Assembly (NCBI GenBank): GCA_017443585.1
Contig: JAFSYV010000225.1
Span: 1-60,603, forward strand
Direction: 5' to 3'
Length of the DNA: 60,603 bases
From: Lentisphaeria bacterium
Lineage (GTDB): Bacteria > Verrucomicrobiota > Lentisphaeria > Victivallales > Victivallaceae
A program made the position numbers and the translations under genes. The notes under the pieces were generated by a model. It worked only from the letters and a program-made list of their open reading frames with translations. It was not told the DNA's origin and ran no database searches. Every line of letters begins with the position of its first letter. The stretch's first letter is position 1. Shown piece after piece: positions 33,991-41,711 of the stretch.

Positions 33991-34670
33991 TCCTCTACAT
34001 CACCCGTCACGGTCAGCCCGCGCTGGAGGGAATGGCTTCCGGCGCCAACTTCGAGTTCCCCGAGGGGGACTATTGCCTGAGCGCCCTCGGGCGGCTTCAG
34101 GCGGCTTTTCTGGGCCTCTTTCTGAGAGCTCGGGGATTCGGGGGCAGGAAAATCATTTCCTCCCCTTACGCGAGGACCATGGAGACCGCTTCGATCGTTG
34201 CCGGCATCTGCGGTTCGGAGGTTTGGCCCGAACCCCGGATCCAGGAGATGCTCTTTTATCCCGAGCCCGTCTGTCCGGGCTTGACCATCGAAGGAATGCG
34301 CTCGTTTTTTCCCTGCGTCGCTTCCGAGGCCCGGCTCGCTTATCCGTGGATTACGCAGAAAGGGCCGGAAGTCCCCTCGCAGGTCCGGGTCCGGACCGAC
34401 CGGTTTCTGGATGAGTTCTGCGGCAACGTCCCCGACGGGGACGTGCTGCTGGTGGGCCACGGCGCTTCCACCGGCACGTTGAGGCGGGAGCTGGCCCGCC
34501 GGGCGGGGTTCGACGGGGACCTGGGCTACGCCTGGAACTGCGCGGTGTCGAGCTTCGAGATCACCCCCGAGGGGAAAGTCACGGTGCTGGAAATGACCCG
34601 TTTCGACTTCATGCCCCTCGACTGCGTCACCAGCAACCGGCGGCGGTACGGGGACAAGGAAAACGCATGA
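33987..34670 (+). CDS. histidine phosphatase superfamily (phosphoglycerate-mutase-like) protein
   Basis: Starts with MILYITRHGQP (RHG catalytic motif). Later LLVGHGAS. ATGA overlap with the PHP gene stop. The ORF-track start at 33696 lies in another gene. Confidence 0.82.
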   Translation: MILYITRHGQPALEGMASGANFEFPEGDYCLSALGRLQAAFLGLFLRARGFGGRKIISSPYARTMETASIVAGICGSEVWPEPRIQEMLFYPEPVCPGLTIEGMRSFFPCVASEARLAYPWITQKGPEVPSQVRVRTDRFLDEFCGNVPDGDVLLVGHGASTGTLRRELARRAGFDGDLGYAWNCAVSSFEITPEGKVTVLEMTRFDFMPLDCVTSNRRRYGDKENA

Positions 34671-35389
34671 AAGTCCTCGTCATTTCGGATTTGCACCTGT
34701 GCGACACCCGGAACAGCCCGGACTTCGAGGCCCGGCGGCTGGAAAAACTTGCGGAGTTCATCCGCGCCTGCGCTCCCGACGCGGTGCTGAATCTGGGGGA
34801 CACGGTCTCCCGCCGGGCCTTCCTGCGGCCCGAATTCCCCTCCGAAGCCGAAGGGTTCCGGGGCTACCTCGCGTGGCGGAGCAAGTTCGACATCCCCTTC
34901 GCCGAGTGCGGCATCACCCGCGAGCTGGACTTTTTCTCTTCCCTCTTCGGCGTGGAGCCGGACAATGTGACGGATCTCTCACCTGACTCAACGATCATCA
35001 CCCTGCTCCCCCGCGAGGGGGCGGGGCACCGGCTTTTCCCGGAGCAGCTGGCCTTTCTCGAATCCGCCCTCGAGCGGTGCCGCAGGGAGGGGAAAAGCGT
35101 CGTCATCGGCACTCACGTCCCTTATCCGGGGAGCTGTTCCCGGCAGCCGGGGCCGGGGATCTTCCTCGAGATCCCCCCGGAGCTCCACGAAACGCTGATT
35201 GCCTTTCCCAGCCCCGTCTGGTGGTGCGGCGGGCACTTTCACTGGGCGCACGAGGCGCCTTCCGTCATCGGTTCCCTGACCGTCTGCATCGGAGCCCGAT
35301 TCCGGTTCGAGGCCAGGAACGACACCACCTATCTGCGAGTGCTCGACACCGCCTCGGGCAAGACGGAAACCTTCTTTCCCGATTTGTGA
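34667..35389 (+). CDS. calcineurin-like metallophosphoesterase
   Basis: 240 aa. MKVLVISDLHLCD and LNLGDTV motifs. ATGA overlap with the upstream gene. Confidence 0.8.
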   Translation: MKVLVISDLHLCDTRNSPDFEARRLEKLAEFIRACAPDAVLNLGDTVSRRAFLRPEFPSEAEGFRGYLAWRSKFDIPFAECGITRELDFFSSLFGVEPDNVTDLSPDSTIITLLPREGAGHRLFPEQLAFLESALERCRREGKSVVIGTHVPYPGSCSRQPGPGIFLEIPPELHETLIAFPSPVWWCGGHFHWAHEAPSVIGSLTVCIGARFRFEARNDTTYLRVLDTASGKTETFFPDL

Positions 35390-35396
35390 AGGCTCC

Positions 35397-36668
35397 TCAC
35401 CGGGGGGAGCGCGGTACTTCGATGACTTTGCCCCAGGGGGGCGTTTCGTGCTCTTCGGGCGTCACCCACAGCACCGGGTAGGGCGGTTTCTTTTCGGGAA
35501 ATGAGCTTTCGAGATCGCTCAGTCCCACGAAGACCGCGGGGGCCAGATGGTGACGACTGATGTAGTCGAAAACGCAGACGTGGTCGGTGCCGCCGCCCCC
35601 CTTGAACCGGCCCGCGCGGATGAAGGACTCCAGTTCGTCGCCCGAGACCACCTGCCGGACCCTGCTGTCCGCCACGATGAGGGTCATCTCGCGGGAAGAT
35701 TCGACCAGGGCGCTCACTTCGCCGAGCACCTCGCGGATCTGGTCGTCGCTCATGCTCCCGGAAGTGTCCAGCGCCACCACCAGACGGTCCATCGTTTCGT
35801 TGTAGTGTCCGGGGACCACCAGGTCGTGGATCATGAAGCGCTTGTCGGGGCAGGCCAGAGAGTAGTCGTCCTGATGCAGGATCACATCGGCGTAGCGGTG
35901 AAGGACCCGCTGCCAGGGGATCCTGGGCGGCCCCAGAAGACCCGCTTCCCGCAGCAGTTCCTCCGGGAAGTCCCCCCGTCCGGAACTGGCGTGAAAGTGC
36001 TCCGCCGCCACCCTGATCCGGTCGGCCAGGACCTCCCGCTGCTCCGGGCCCAGCTTCACGGGCAGATGGACGTCGCAGCCTCCGCCCGCCCACGGGACCG
36101 GAGGAAAGCTGGTCCCGCCGTTCCCGCTCCCCCTGTTCCCGTCGTTTTCCTGGGTCGGCAGCGTCACGGAAACGTACGTGACTTCCCAGGTCTTGCTCTT
36201 ATGGCACAGATCCTCGTAGATCGTCTCGGCGATCATGCCGGAGTAGCGGGAACTCCAGAAGACCCCCTTGGGCATCTCGTAAAGATAGGAGGCGCTGTCG
36301 TAGGAACTCCGGGAAACCTTGGGGAAGGTGATCTTGCGGACCATGTCGTTGATGGCGCAGTCCGTGGCCATGTTCCATTTGATCGGCTCCCGGCAGCCCT
36401 GCCGCTGAAAGCTTTCCAGCACCTGATGGCAGACCTCGTGGGCGAGGCAGAAGCCCAGCTGCCGGGTGTTGAGCTGCGCGGTGAATTCGGGGTTGAACCA
36501 GATGTGCTTCAGGCAGTCGGTGGCCAAGGTGGGGAGCGTCTGCGCCGGGACCAGCTTCACCTGCAGCAGGATGTACCCCCAGAAGGGGTGCATCTCGAGC
36601 ATCTGCATCCGGAGCGCGGCCAGCCGTTTGGCTTCGGTTTCGGCCGCCTGGGCGAATTGCGTCGTCAT
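35397..36668 (-). CDS. DUF2201-type protein: N-terminal HExxH metallopeptidase-like domain plus C-terminal VWA domain
   Basis: 423 aa. LAHEVCHQVL (HExxH). WNMATDCAINDM. MIDAS motif LVVALDTSGSMS. Its start overlaps the AAA gene stop (ATGA). Confidence 0.85.
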   Translation of the reverse strand: MTTQFAQAAETEAKRLAALRMQMLEMHPFWGYILLQVKLVPAQTLPTLATDCLKHIWFNPEFTAQLNTRQLGFCLAHEVCHQVLESFQRQGCREPIKWNMATDCAINDMVRKITFPKVSRSSYDSASYLYEMPKGVFWSSRYSGMIAETIYEDLCHKSKTWEVTYVSVTLPTQENDGNRGSGNGGTSFPPVPWAGGGCDVHLPVKLGPEQREVLADRIRVAAEHFHASSGRGDFPEELLREAGLLGPPRIPWQRVLHRYADVILHQDDYSLACPDKRFMIHDLVVPGHYNETMDRLVVALDTSGSMSDDQIREVLGEVSALVESSREMTLIVADSRVRQVVSGDELESFIRAGRFKGGGGTDHVCVFDYISRHHLAPAVFVGLSDLESSFPEKKPPYPVLWVTPEEHETPPWGKVIEVPRSPR

Positions 36669-37768
36669 GACAGATACAGCGATGACCGCAGTGAGACCAG
36701 ATCGCCCGCCAGCTTGCGGAACGAGCTCAGGGCTTTCAGACGGTCGAAGAGCTCCTGCGCCCGGTTCCGGAGCTGCCGCAGGAACAGGATCTGATACTCG
36801 GGCTCCACGCCGGGCGAGGTGATGAAACTCACGATGTTTTCCAGATGCGCGTCGGGGACGGCGCTCCTCGCCAGACAGGCCGCCACGGCGAAGATCGCCG
36901 CATAGATGAAGGAGGGCTCGGAATTCCTGACGAAATCCGCCTTCGTCCTGCCGCCGATGATCCCCGCGGCGTCCACCTTGCGGTAGAGGGTCATGTATTT
37001 GTGGAATTTGTCCGCCATGGGCACGCCGATGCAGGCGGCGAGGGCCCGTTTGGCGTCCTCGGGATCGACGTGGGCCAGCACACGACTGGCCATGGCCCAG
37101 CTGCGGGGCGTTGGGAAGCTGTGCTCGTCGGAAACCGTGAACAGCACCTCGTCCCCGTAGGTGCGGACGAAGGCCATGATGTTCTCATCGATGCCGTTGG
37201 CCGCGGCCCACTCCAGCCAGGCGTCGGTGTCGGGGCGCATCTCGAAGTGGGCGAAGCGGTTGCAGAGGGCGCTCGAAAGTGGCGTGACGATGGCGTTGTC
37301 CTCTTCCCGGTTCCCGGCGGCCAACACCACCGTGCCGGGGTGGAATTCGAAATCGCCGATGCGCTTTTCGAGGACGATCTGATAGGCCGCCGCCTGATGG
37401 AGCTTGGTCACGGCGGCGTTGAATTCGTCCAGGAAGACCAGACAGGGCTCCCCGCAGGCGCGTTTCACCCACGACGGCGGGAAGAGTTCCAGAGTCCGGG
37501 TCTCCCGGTCGGGAAAGTAGACGCCGCCCAGTTCAGCCGGATCCTTCTGGGCCAGACGGATGTCGATCAGTTTCTTTTTCATGCTCCGGGCCAGTTCCGC
37601 GGCCATGGAGGATTTGCCCACGCCGGGCGGGCCCAGCAGCAGGACCGATATGCCCGCTTCGAGGGTCGCCCGGATGACCGGGAAGAGCTGGTCATAGGTG
37701 GAGCCGGAAGCGCCGACGGGCCGGATCTCGTTTCTTTCGTTCACAGGAAGGCCTCCAGCAGCTGGCAT
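36665..37768 (-). CDS. MoxR/AAA_5-type AAA+ ATPase
   Basis: Walker A LLLGPPGVGKSS and Walker B CLVFLDEFN. I set the start at the ATG at 37768 (MPAAGGLPVNERNE...). An alternative GTG at 37744 forms a GTGA overlap with the SWIM gene stop. The ORF-track start at 37882 would overlap the SWIM gene by 141 nt. Confidence 0.85.
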   Translation of the reverse strand: MPAAGGLPVNERNEIRPVGASGSTYDQLFPVIRATLEAGISVLLLGPPGVGKSSMAAELARSMKKKLIDIRLAQKDPAELGGVYFPDRETRTLELFPPSWVKRACGEPCLVFLDEFNAAVTKLHQAAAYQIVLEKRIGDFEFHPGTVVLAAGNREEDNAIVTPLSSALCNRFAHFEMRPDTDAWLEWAAANGIDENIMAFVRTYGDEVLFTVSDEHSFPTPRSWAMASRVLAHVDPEDAKRALAACIGVPMADKFHKYMTLYRKVDAAGIIGGRTKADFVRNSEPSFIYAAIFAVAACLARSAVPDAHLENIVSFITSPGVEPEYQILFLRQLRNRAQELFDRLKALSSFRKLAGDLVSLRSSLYLS

Positions 37769-38061
37769 CTGAATTCGGTGTTCTTCAGCAGAACGGCGAT
37801 GATGTGTTTGCAGTAGCCCCGGGCGTTTTCTTTGGCGCGGTTCTCGGCATCGGGGCAGGTGCACCGGGGATTTTCGCGCCACTCCGGATGGATCCTGACC
37901 ACATAATCGCTGGTTCCGCCGGTGACGTCGAAGACCACGAAGCCCTCTTCCAGTGCGGGTCGCCGGGTGATCTTGTACTTTTTCAGCACCGATTCCGCCG
38001 CCCGGAAAAAGCGGTCGTCCCGTGCCTTGATGTTGAATCGTATCGTCTTGTTTTCTTCCAT
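37741..38061 (-). CDS. SWIM zinc-finger protein
   Basis: 106 aa. RCTCPDAENRAKENARGYCKHIIAVL fits CxC-x(n)-CxH. GAGGAGAGAGG RBS. Confidence 0.8.
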   Translation of the reverse strand: MEENKTIRFNIKARDDRFFRAAESVLKKYKITRRPALEEGFVVFDVTGGTSDYVVRIHPEWRENPRCTCPDAENRAKENARGYCKHIIAVLLKNTEFRCQLLEAFL

Positions 38062-38125
38062 GGTGCCTCTCTCCTCGATGTGTCGGGTTCGGATCTCAGA
38101 ATCAGCTTTTTTCGCCGGAGCCCGG

Positions 38126-39253
38126 TCACGGTTTCAGCTCCAGGACCTTCACCGCCTCTTCGAGGTATTTCCGGATGGCGATATGCTGGGGACAGGCCGC
38201 CTCGCATTTGCCGCACTTCAGGCAGTCGAAAGCGTGTTTTTTGTCCGGATCCGCCGCCCAGCGCTCCGCCTGTTTCGCCGTGGCGAGGTTGTTGTAGAGC
38301 TTGACCGTGTTCAATGCGTTGAGCGTCCCGGAAATGGCGATGTCGGCGGGGCACACCTTGGCGCAGTAGTTGCACGACGTGCAGGGGACGATGGGGATCT
38401 TCTTCAGCGCCTCCCGGACGCGGGAAATGACCTGATGTTCCTCATCCGAGAGGGGGCGGAAACTGCGCATGAAGCTCAGATTGTCCCGCATCTGGGCCAC
38501 GGAACTCATGCCGGAGAGGACCGTCCGCACCCCTTCGAGGGACGCGGCGAAACGGATCGCCCACGAGGAGCAGGAGCTTTCCGGGTCCGCTTCGCGGAAG
38601 ATCTTCGCCGCCTCCTCGGGCGGATTGGCCAGCAGCCCGCCCTTGACGGGCTCCATGACGATCACCGGCTTGCCGTATTCCCGTGCGAGTTCGTAGCACC
38701 TGCGGCTTTCCACCACGGGGTCGTCCCAGTCCGCGTAGTTGATCTGGAGCTGGACGAAATCCATTTCGGGGTGGGCTTTCAGAAGTTTTTCCAGAACAGC
38801 GGCGTGGTCGTGGAAGGAAAATCCCACCTTGCGGATCTTGCCCTCTTCCTTCTTCTTCTGCACGAAGGACCAGACGTCGAACTTGTCGAAAGTTTTCGTC
38901 CGCTCCTCCCCCAGATTGTGGATGAGATAGTTGTCGAAATAGCCCGCGCCGGTCCGTTCGAGTGAGGTCTCGAACTGGGCGTAGGCGTCCTCTTTCGTGC
39001 TGCAGCGGGACCAGGCGGCAAGTTTGGTGGCCAGCAGGTACTTTTCCCGCGGATGACGTTCCACGAGAGCCTTGCGGATGGCTTCTTCGCTCCCCCGGTA
39101 GATCCACGCGGTGTCGAAGTAGACGAACCCCGCTTCCAGAAAGAGGTCCACCATCTCCTTCACCTGTTCCACGTCGATCTCCTCCCCCCTGCGGGGCAGC
39201 CGCATCAGTCCGAACCCCAGCTTCAGGGGGTCGGCGTTGGTTTTCGCAGTCAT
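38126..39253 (-). CDS. aldo/keto reductase with C-terminal 2x[4Fe-4S] ferredoxin-like domain
   Basis: ATG at 39253 with an AGAGGAG RBS. AKR blocks GFGLMRLP and FDTAWIY. C-terminal CTSCNYCAKVCP and CLKCGKCEAACP clusters. Confidence 0.88.
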   Translation of the reverse strand: MTAKTNADPLKLGFGLMRLPRRGEEIDVEQVKEMVDLFLEAGFVYFDTAWIYRGSEEAIRKALVERHPREKYLLATKLAAWSRCSTKEDAYAQFETSLERTGAGYFDNYLIHNLGEERTKTFDKFDVWSFVQKKKEEGKIRKVGFSFHDHAAVLEKLLKAHPEMDFVQLQINYADWDDPVVESRRCYELAREYGKPVIVMEPVKGGLLANPPEEAAKIFREADPESSCSSWAIRFAASLEGVRTVLSGMSSVAQMRDNLSFMRSFRPLSDEEHQVISRVREALKKIPIVPCTSCNYCAKVCPADIAISGTLNALNTVKLYNNLATAKQAERWAADPDKKHAFDCLKCGKCEAACPQHIAIRKYLEEAVKVLELKP

Positions 39254-39295
39254 TTGCACTCCTCTTTTTTTGGTGACGTTCTTCTTCCCGGACTT

Positions 39296-39324
39296 AATTT
39301 AACGTAGGAATGGCGAAAATGCAA
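39296..39324 (-). promoter_or_regulatory. sigma70-type promoter of the AKR/SWIM/AAA/VWA operon
   Basis: Minus strand reads TTGCAT, 17 nt, TAAATT. I see no other promoter-like element and no terminator between here and 35397. Confidence 0.55.
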
Positions 39325-39344
39325 GGGGCGATCCGTCGAATCCC

Positions 39345-39373
39345 TTGTATTTTCTCTTTTGCGAAGCTATATT
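39345..39373 (+). promoter_or_regulatory. sigma70-type promoter of the 39427-41592 gene
   Basis: TTGTAT, 17 nt, TATATT. Confidence 0.58.
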
Positions 39374-39426
39374 ATCCCCGGCATATCTCCGAAGAAATCA
39401 TTGGAACGGGAAAGGACTTTCGGATC

Positions 39427-41592
39427 ATGAAAAAGTTTTTGGCATCGGCGCTTCTGGCGGTATTTTTCACACTTTCCGGAGCGGCGCCGGGGATCTATCT
39501 CGCTCCCAGCGCGCCCCCCGCCGAGGAGAACGCGGCCCTCGAGCTCCAGAAGGGGCTGAAACGGCTTTTCGGGCTCACGGCCCCCATATTCAGGGACAAA
39601 CCGGGGCAGTGCACCTTTTTCGTGGGGCAGTCCGCCGAGGCGGGGAAGGCTCTCGGCATCGCCGATTTTTCCACCTTCAAGCCCGATGAGATCATGCTCA
39701 AAAAGGTGAACGGCAAAATGTTCCTGCTGGGGGACCGCCCCCGGGGGACGCTCTACGCCGTCTACGAGTTTCTGGAACGGGCCTACGGCGTCCGCTTCTG
39801 GACGGCGGAAGTGGAACACTGGCCCCGGCACGGAAAATTCTTTCTCCCTGAGATCGACCACCGCTACGCCCCCGTCTTCCGGCGGCGGTACATCTATTAC
39901 GATCTGGCGCGGAAGAGCCCCTTCTGCGTCAAACTGCGCACCAACCGCTACGGCGCCGGGCCCCGCTGGGGAGACAAGGAGGAGATCATCGGCTTCGTCC
40001 ACACCTTCGGCCGGTTCGTCCCCGCCAAAAAGTACTTCAAGGACCACCCCGAATGGTTCGCGCTCCGGGACGGGAAACGGGTGGCCAACTGCCAGCCCTG
40101 CCTGACCAACCGGGGATTCCGCAAAGCCCTGACCGAAGCGGCGCTGGAGGCATTGCGGAAACGGACCGCCCCCCGCGTGATCTCCATCACCCAGAACGAC
40201 GGCGAAATGACCTTCTGCGAGTGTGCCGAGTGCACGAAATTCATCAAGAAACACGGGAACAAGAGCGATCTTCTGATGGACGTGGTCAACGAGGTCGCCG
40301 ACGCCGTGGGCCGGGAATTCCCGAAGGTCCAGGTGGAGACACTGGCCTACAGCATCACCCTCGACCCGCCGAAGACCGTTTTTCCCCGGAAAAACGTGCT
40401 GATCCGCTTCTGTCCTTCCCGTGCGGACAACACTCAGCCCATGGATTCCCCCGCCAATGCGGCGAAAAGCGCCCCCTTCAAGGTGTGGCGCAAATTCGGC
40501 AATCCCCTCGCCGTCTGGACTTATGAAACCGACTTCAAGCGCTTCTATCTGCCCTTCCCGAACTGGCGGGGGCTCCTGGACGATCTGCGCTTCTATGCCG
40601 ATTGCGGCGTCATCGACGTCTTCCAGCAGGGCTCCTACGCCGGGCCCGCCGCGGACCTTTCGGATCTGCGGGTGTGGGTGCTGGGCAAACTCCAGTGGGA
40701 TCCCTACCAGAACCCCGAAGCGCTGGTGAAGGAGTTCGCGCAGGGCTTCTACGGCAAGGCCGCGCCCTACATCCTCACCTACATCGGCCACATGACCGCC
40801 ACCGCCTGCAAGGGGCGGAACCGGATGTTCCCCTTCGAGTTCAGAGCCCCCGATCTGCTCCGGGCCCGTGAGATCCTGCTTGCGGGCGAGCGAAGCGTCG
40901 CCGCCGACCCCGTCCTGCGTCAACGGCTCCGTATCGCGCTGCTCCCGGTGAATCTGGCGCTGCTCCAGCTGCCCGAAGTGTGGGAAGCGCCCCCGCCCTC
41001 CCTCCAGGGCGTGAAGTGGCAGACTCTCCTTGAGGAGCAGCTGGCGCTCCTCGAAGCCGTCAAGGTCAAACGGCTGGCCGAATCGACCTTCACCCCCGAC
41101 ATGCTGAGAAGGAACACGGTTCTGCTCCTTTCCCATGAAACGGGGCCGCTCCCCGTGCCCGGATACCCCGCGGGAACGCGTTGGAAGCAGATCGCCGCCG
41201 CCGACTGCCTGCGCTTCAGCCCCTGGCGATTCGCCGACGATCCGACGGCTTCGAGCGGCAGAGCCGTGGAAGTGGACTGCACCCACCGGACCTGGACCAG
41301 CCAGCTCCGCCGTCCCCCGGCGGGGACTTGGGATGTCTACGTGGATCTGCGCTGCTTCGGGAAAAATCCCTCCGGCACCGTCGCCACCTTCGGCTGCTAC
41401 GATGTGGAACGCAAAAAGGCCATCCTTCACGGCTCCGTGGCGGCCGAAAAAGTCAGAGGCCCCGCCTGGCATCCCGTCAAGATCGGCAGGCTCGTTTCCA
41501 GCGACGATTATTTTCTCTACTGCGCCCCCGCGGTGAACAAAAGTGTGGAGAAACTCCAGATCAACCGGTACATTTTCGTCAAGGTCGAGTGA
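39427..41592 (+). CDS. secreted DUF4838-like protein (paralog)
   Basis: ATG at 39427 (MKKFLASALLAVFFTLSGAAP, signal-like). Blocks KDHPEWFALRDGKR and CECAECTKF. Confidence 0.82.
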   Translation: MKKFLASALLAVFFTLSGAAPGIYLAPSAPPAEENAALELQKGLKRLFGLTAPIFRDKPGQCTFFVGQSAEAGKALGIADFSTFKPDEIMLKKVNGKMFLLGDRPRGTLYAVYEFLERAYGVRFWTAEVEHWPRHGKFFLPEIDHRYAPVFRRRYIYYDLARKSPFCVKLRTNRYGAGPRWGDKEEIIGFVHTFGRFVPAKKYFKDHPEWFALRDGKRVANCQPCLTNRGFRKALTEAALEALRKRTAPRVISITQNDGEMTFCECAECTKFIKKHGNKSDLLMDVVNEVADAVGREFPKVQVETLAYSITLDPPKTVFPRKNVLIRFCPSRADNTQPMDSPANAAKSAPFKVWRKFGNPLAVWTYETDFKRFYLPFPNWRGLLDDLRFYADCGVIDVFQQGSYAGPAADLSDLRVWVLGKLQWDPYQNPEALVKEFAQGFYGKAAPYILTYIGHMTATACKGRNRMFPFEFRAPDLLRAREILLAGERSVAADPVLRQRLRIALLPVNLALLQLPEVWEAPPPSLQGVKWQTLLEEQLALLEAVKVKRLAESTFTPDMLRRNTVLLLSHETGPLPVPGYPAGTRWKQIAAADCLRFSPWRFADDPTASSGRAVEVDCTHRTWTSQLRRPPAGTWDVYVDLRCFGKNPSGTVATFGCYDVERKKAILHGSVAAEKVRGPAWHPVKIGRLVSSDDYFLYCAPAVNKSVEKLQINRYIFVKVE

Positions 41593-41633
41593 ATTCTTCC
41601 CCTCAAGCGGGAACGAAAGGGGTTTGTTCCTGC

Positions 41634-41662
41634 TTGACTTTTTCCATTGTCCCATGTAAATT
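41634..41662 (+). promoter_or_regulatory. sigma70-type promoter of the 41712-48546 gene run
   Basis: TTGACT, 17 nt, TAAATT. Confidence 0.55.
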
Positions 41663-41711
41663 AAAGGCGTTGTTCCTGAAATCACCTTTTCAGTATCGAA
41701 AGGAAAAAGGT

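Noticed and set aside
36665-37882. The longest-ORF start (37882) for the AAA ATPase.
   Set aside because: It would overlap the SWIM gene by 141 nt with an Arg-rich, non-conserved-looking extension. The ATG at 37768 or the GTG at 37744 give normal coupling.
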